Assembly: GCA_023231475.1 (NCBI GenBank)
Contig: JALJEE010002179.1
Coordinates: forward strand, 1 to 37,863
Direction: 5' to 3'
DNA: 37,863 nt
Source of the DNA: Seison nebaliae
Lineage: Eukaryota
A program made the translations under genes and the position numbers. Every line of letters starts with the position of its first letter. The first letter of the stretch is position 1. This document shows positions 36,234 through 37,863 of this stretch, piece after piece. The notes beneath the pieces were generated by a model. The model was not told the origin of the DNA. It saw nothing but the letters and a program-made list of their open reading frames with translations, and made no database searches.

Positions 36234-37863
36234 ATGTTAAATTCTCAACAACAATCAACTAACGAACAGACGATAAAGATCAATAAATTGAGGAATCTGA
36301 AATCTTCATTAAATGATCATTTGAAGGATCTGCTCCAATCATCTACATCACAACAGAAGATTAGAGCTTCGTCAAATTCTCAATCGAACACGAATGCGGA
36401 AGCACCACGATTCTTTAATCAATTAAACTCTCCCATCGATCTGTTAACGTCATCGAATGATGATAAACAAATAAATAATCCGAGAAAACATAAATTATCA
36501 ATCGATATCGATGTACCACAAGAGAAATTGCAGAAAATTGATTCGATTAATATTAATTCGTCTTCTTCAACTTCTTCAAATTCATCTTCTTCTCATGCTA
36601 CAACAACATCATCGAAAACCATCAGCAATTCATCGTCGTCCTCCATTGCCAATTTGTCATTAATTCAGAAATTCATTCAATCAGTCCAACAACAACAACA
36701 ACAATCACCAATATTTGATCTTCCACTAACTCATCAAATTAATCGAGCGAATGATGAATTAACTCAACATGAATTCTTGCAGAAACTTCAAGAACAACAG
36801 ACCAATCAATTACCATTCTCTCCCAATCTCCCACATCAATCGACAAATATTGGAAATATTGAATCGATATTGAACAATTCGAATAACAATAAAAGCCTTC
36901 CACCCTTCCTCCAAAATTTACCGAAAAACAATTTAATTCCATCAAACAATAACAAGTCGGATTTTAATCATTTACAATTTGATCCGAATATCAAAAACGG
37001 TCTGGCTTTCAACTATCAGAAATTCTTAAAACCGTTACTTACACCATCACAACCAACTTCTCAATCGTCGTTCAATGTCTTCAAGAATCCATCAAATCAT
37101 TCCCTCGAACAGTTCCTCTCTTCATCATATCGTTTCTTCTTCATCTTCCTCATCATTATTCTTTTTTTTAAGTTCTCAAAATAACGGAAATTCAAATGTG
37201 AATAATCATATTAGAAGGAAGAATGCTACGAGAGAAACGACTGCCACGTTGAAAGCTTGGTTGTATGAACATCGAAAGAATCCTTATCCAACCAAAGGAG
37301 AAAAAGTTATGTTGGCCATTCTAACCAAAATGACACTAACTCAAGTATCGACTTGGTTTGCAAACGCACGACGACGATTGAAGAAGGAGAATCGTGGAAA
37401 CTGGTCCTCACATAATAGGTTAATAACCATTTGAACTTCTTTCAAGTTTTTTTATTCAATTTCAAATCATTTTATTTTCTAGTGGTTGTTCAGCTGATGA
37501 AGATGATGATGTTGATGGAGATGATGGAGATGATGAAGATAATGTTAGTTGCCGTTCAACAGAGAAATGCATCCATCAACCGTCAACACCAAATACTTCA
37601 AATCAAGAGAATTTGAAGAGAGATGAAGTTAATAAGAATAATGGAGAAGAGGAACAAAGAAAACAAACAATCCATCTTCCTTTCAACATCGACGAGATGA
37701 TGAGAGAAAAACATGAGACGAAAAAGATAGAATCAACAAATGAGAATTCCTTCAATCAACTCCTCCTCACTTTCATCCAAATGATTAGCAACAACACCAC
37801 AAACAATACGAATTATCAACATAACAACAACAACAACAAAAGTAATGATAATAATACAGTTGA
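36234..37863 (+). CDS. Irx: Iroquois-class TALE homeobox protein, 3' partial; exons 36234-37111, 37173-37418, 37483->37863
   Basis: [60 protein letters not shown] followed by an acidic stretch; two phase-2 introns restore the frame; start ATG uncertain (36153 is in frame, but an acceptor-like site precedes 36234). Confidence 0.95.

Noticed and set aside
37075..37184. Overlapping ORFs in Irx suggesting a programmed frameshift
   Set aside because: A 61-nt phase-2 intron (37112-37172) joins the frames

Overview
AT-rich, gene-dense animal (metazoan) nuclear DNA using the standard genetic code, with very short introns (mostly 39-64 nt) that the ORF track does not resolve. Gene models spliced by eye: RMI1 (+), a 75-aa two-EF-hand protein (+), three tandem secreted fibrinogen-related-domain (FReD) paralogs (-, one a pseudogene), a RING-finger exon that may belong to a membrane-anchored E3 (-), endophilin A (+, 9 exons plus a candidate 9-nt microexon), an intron-containing tRNA-Ser(AGA) (-), a multi-exon type I membrane protein (+), a divergent Ulp1/SENP-family protease (-), FNIP (-) and an Iroquois homeobox gene (+, runs off the right edge). 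The window also holds several orphan ORFs, two non-autonomous inverted-repeat elements, a short hAT-like hairpin remnant, an internally deleted pogo-like transposase, and a decayed duplicated membrane-protein gene pair. The most striking system-level signal is the splice code. All 15 introns in the six genes with recognisable homology begin GTT and mostly lack G at +5, unlike the usual GTRAGT. The only GTGAG donor follows the candidate microexon. A rotifer/Syndermata-like compact genome is my guess only. Family assignments come from remembered motifs, not database searches.
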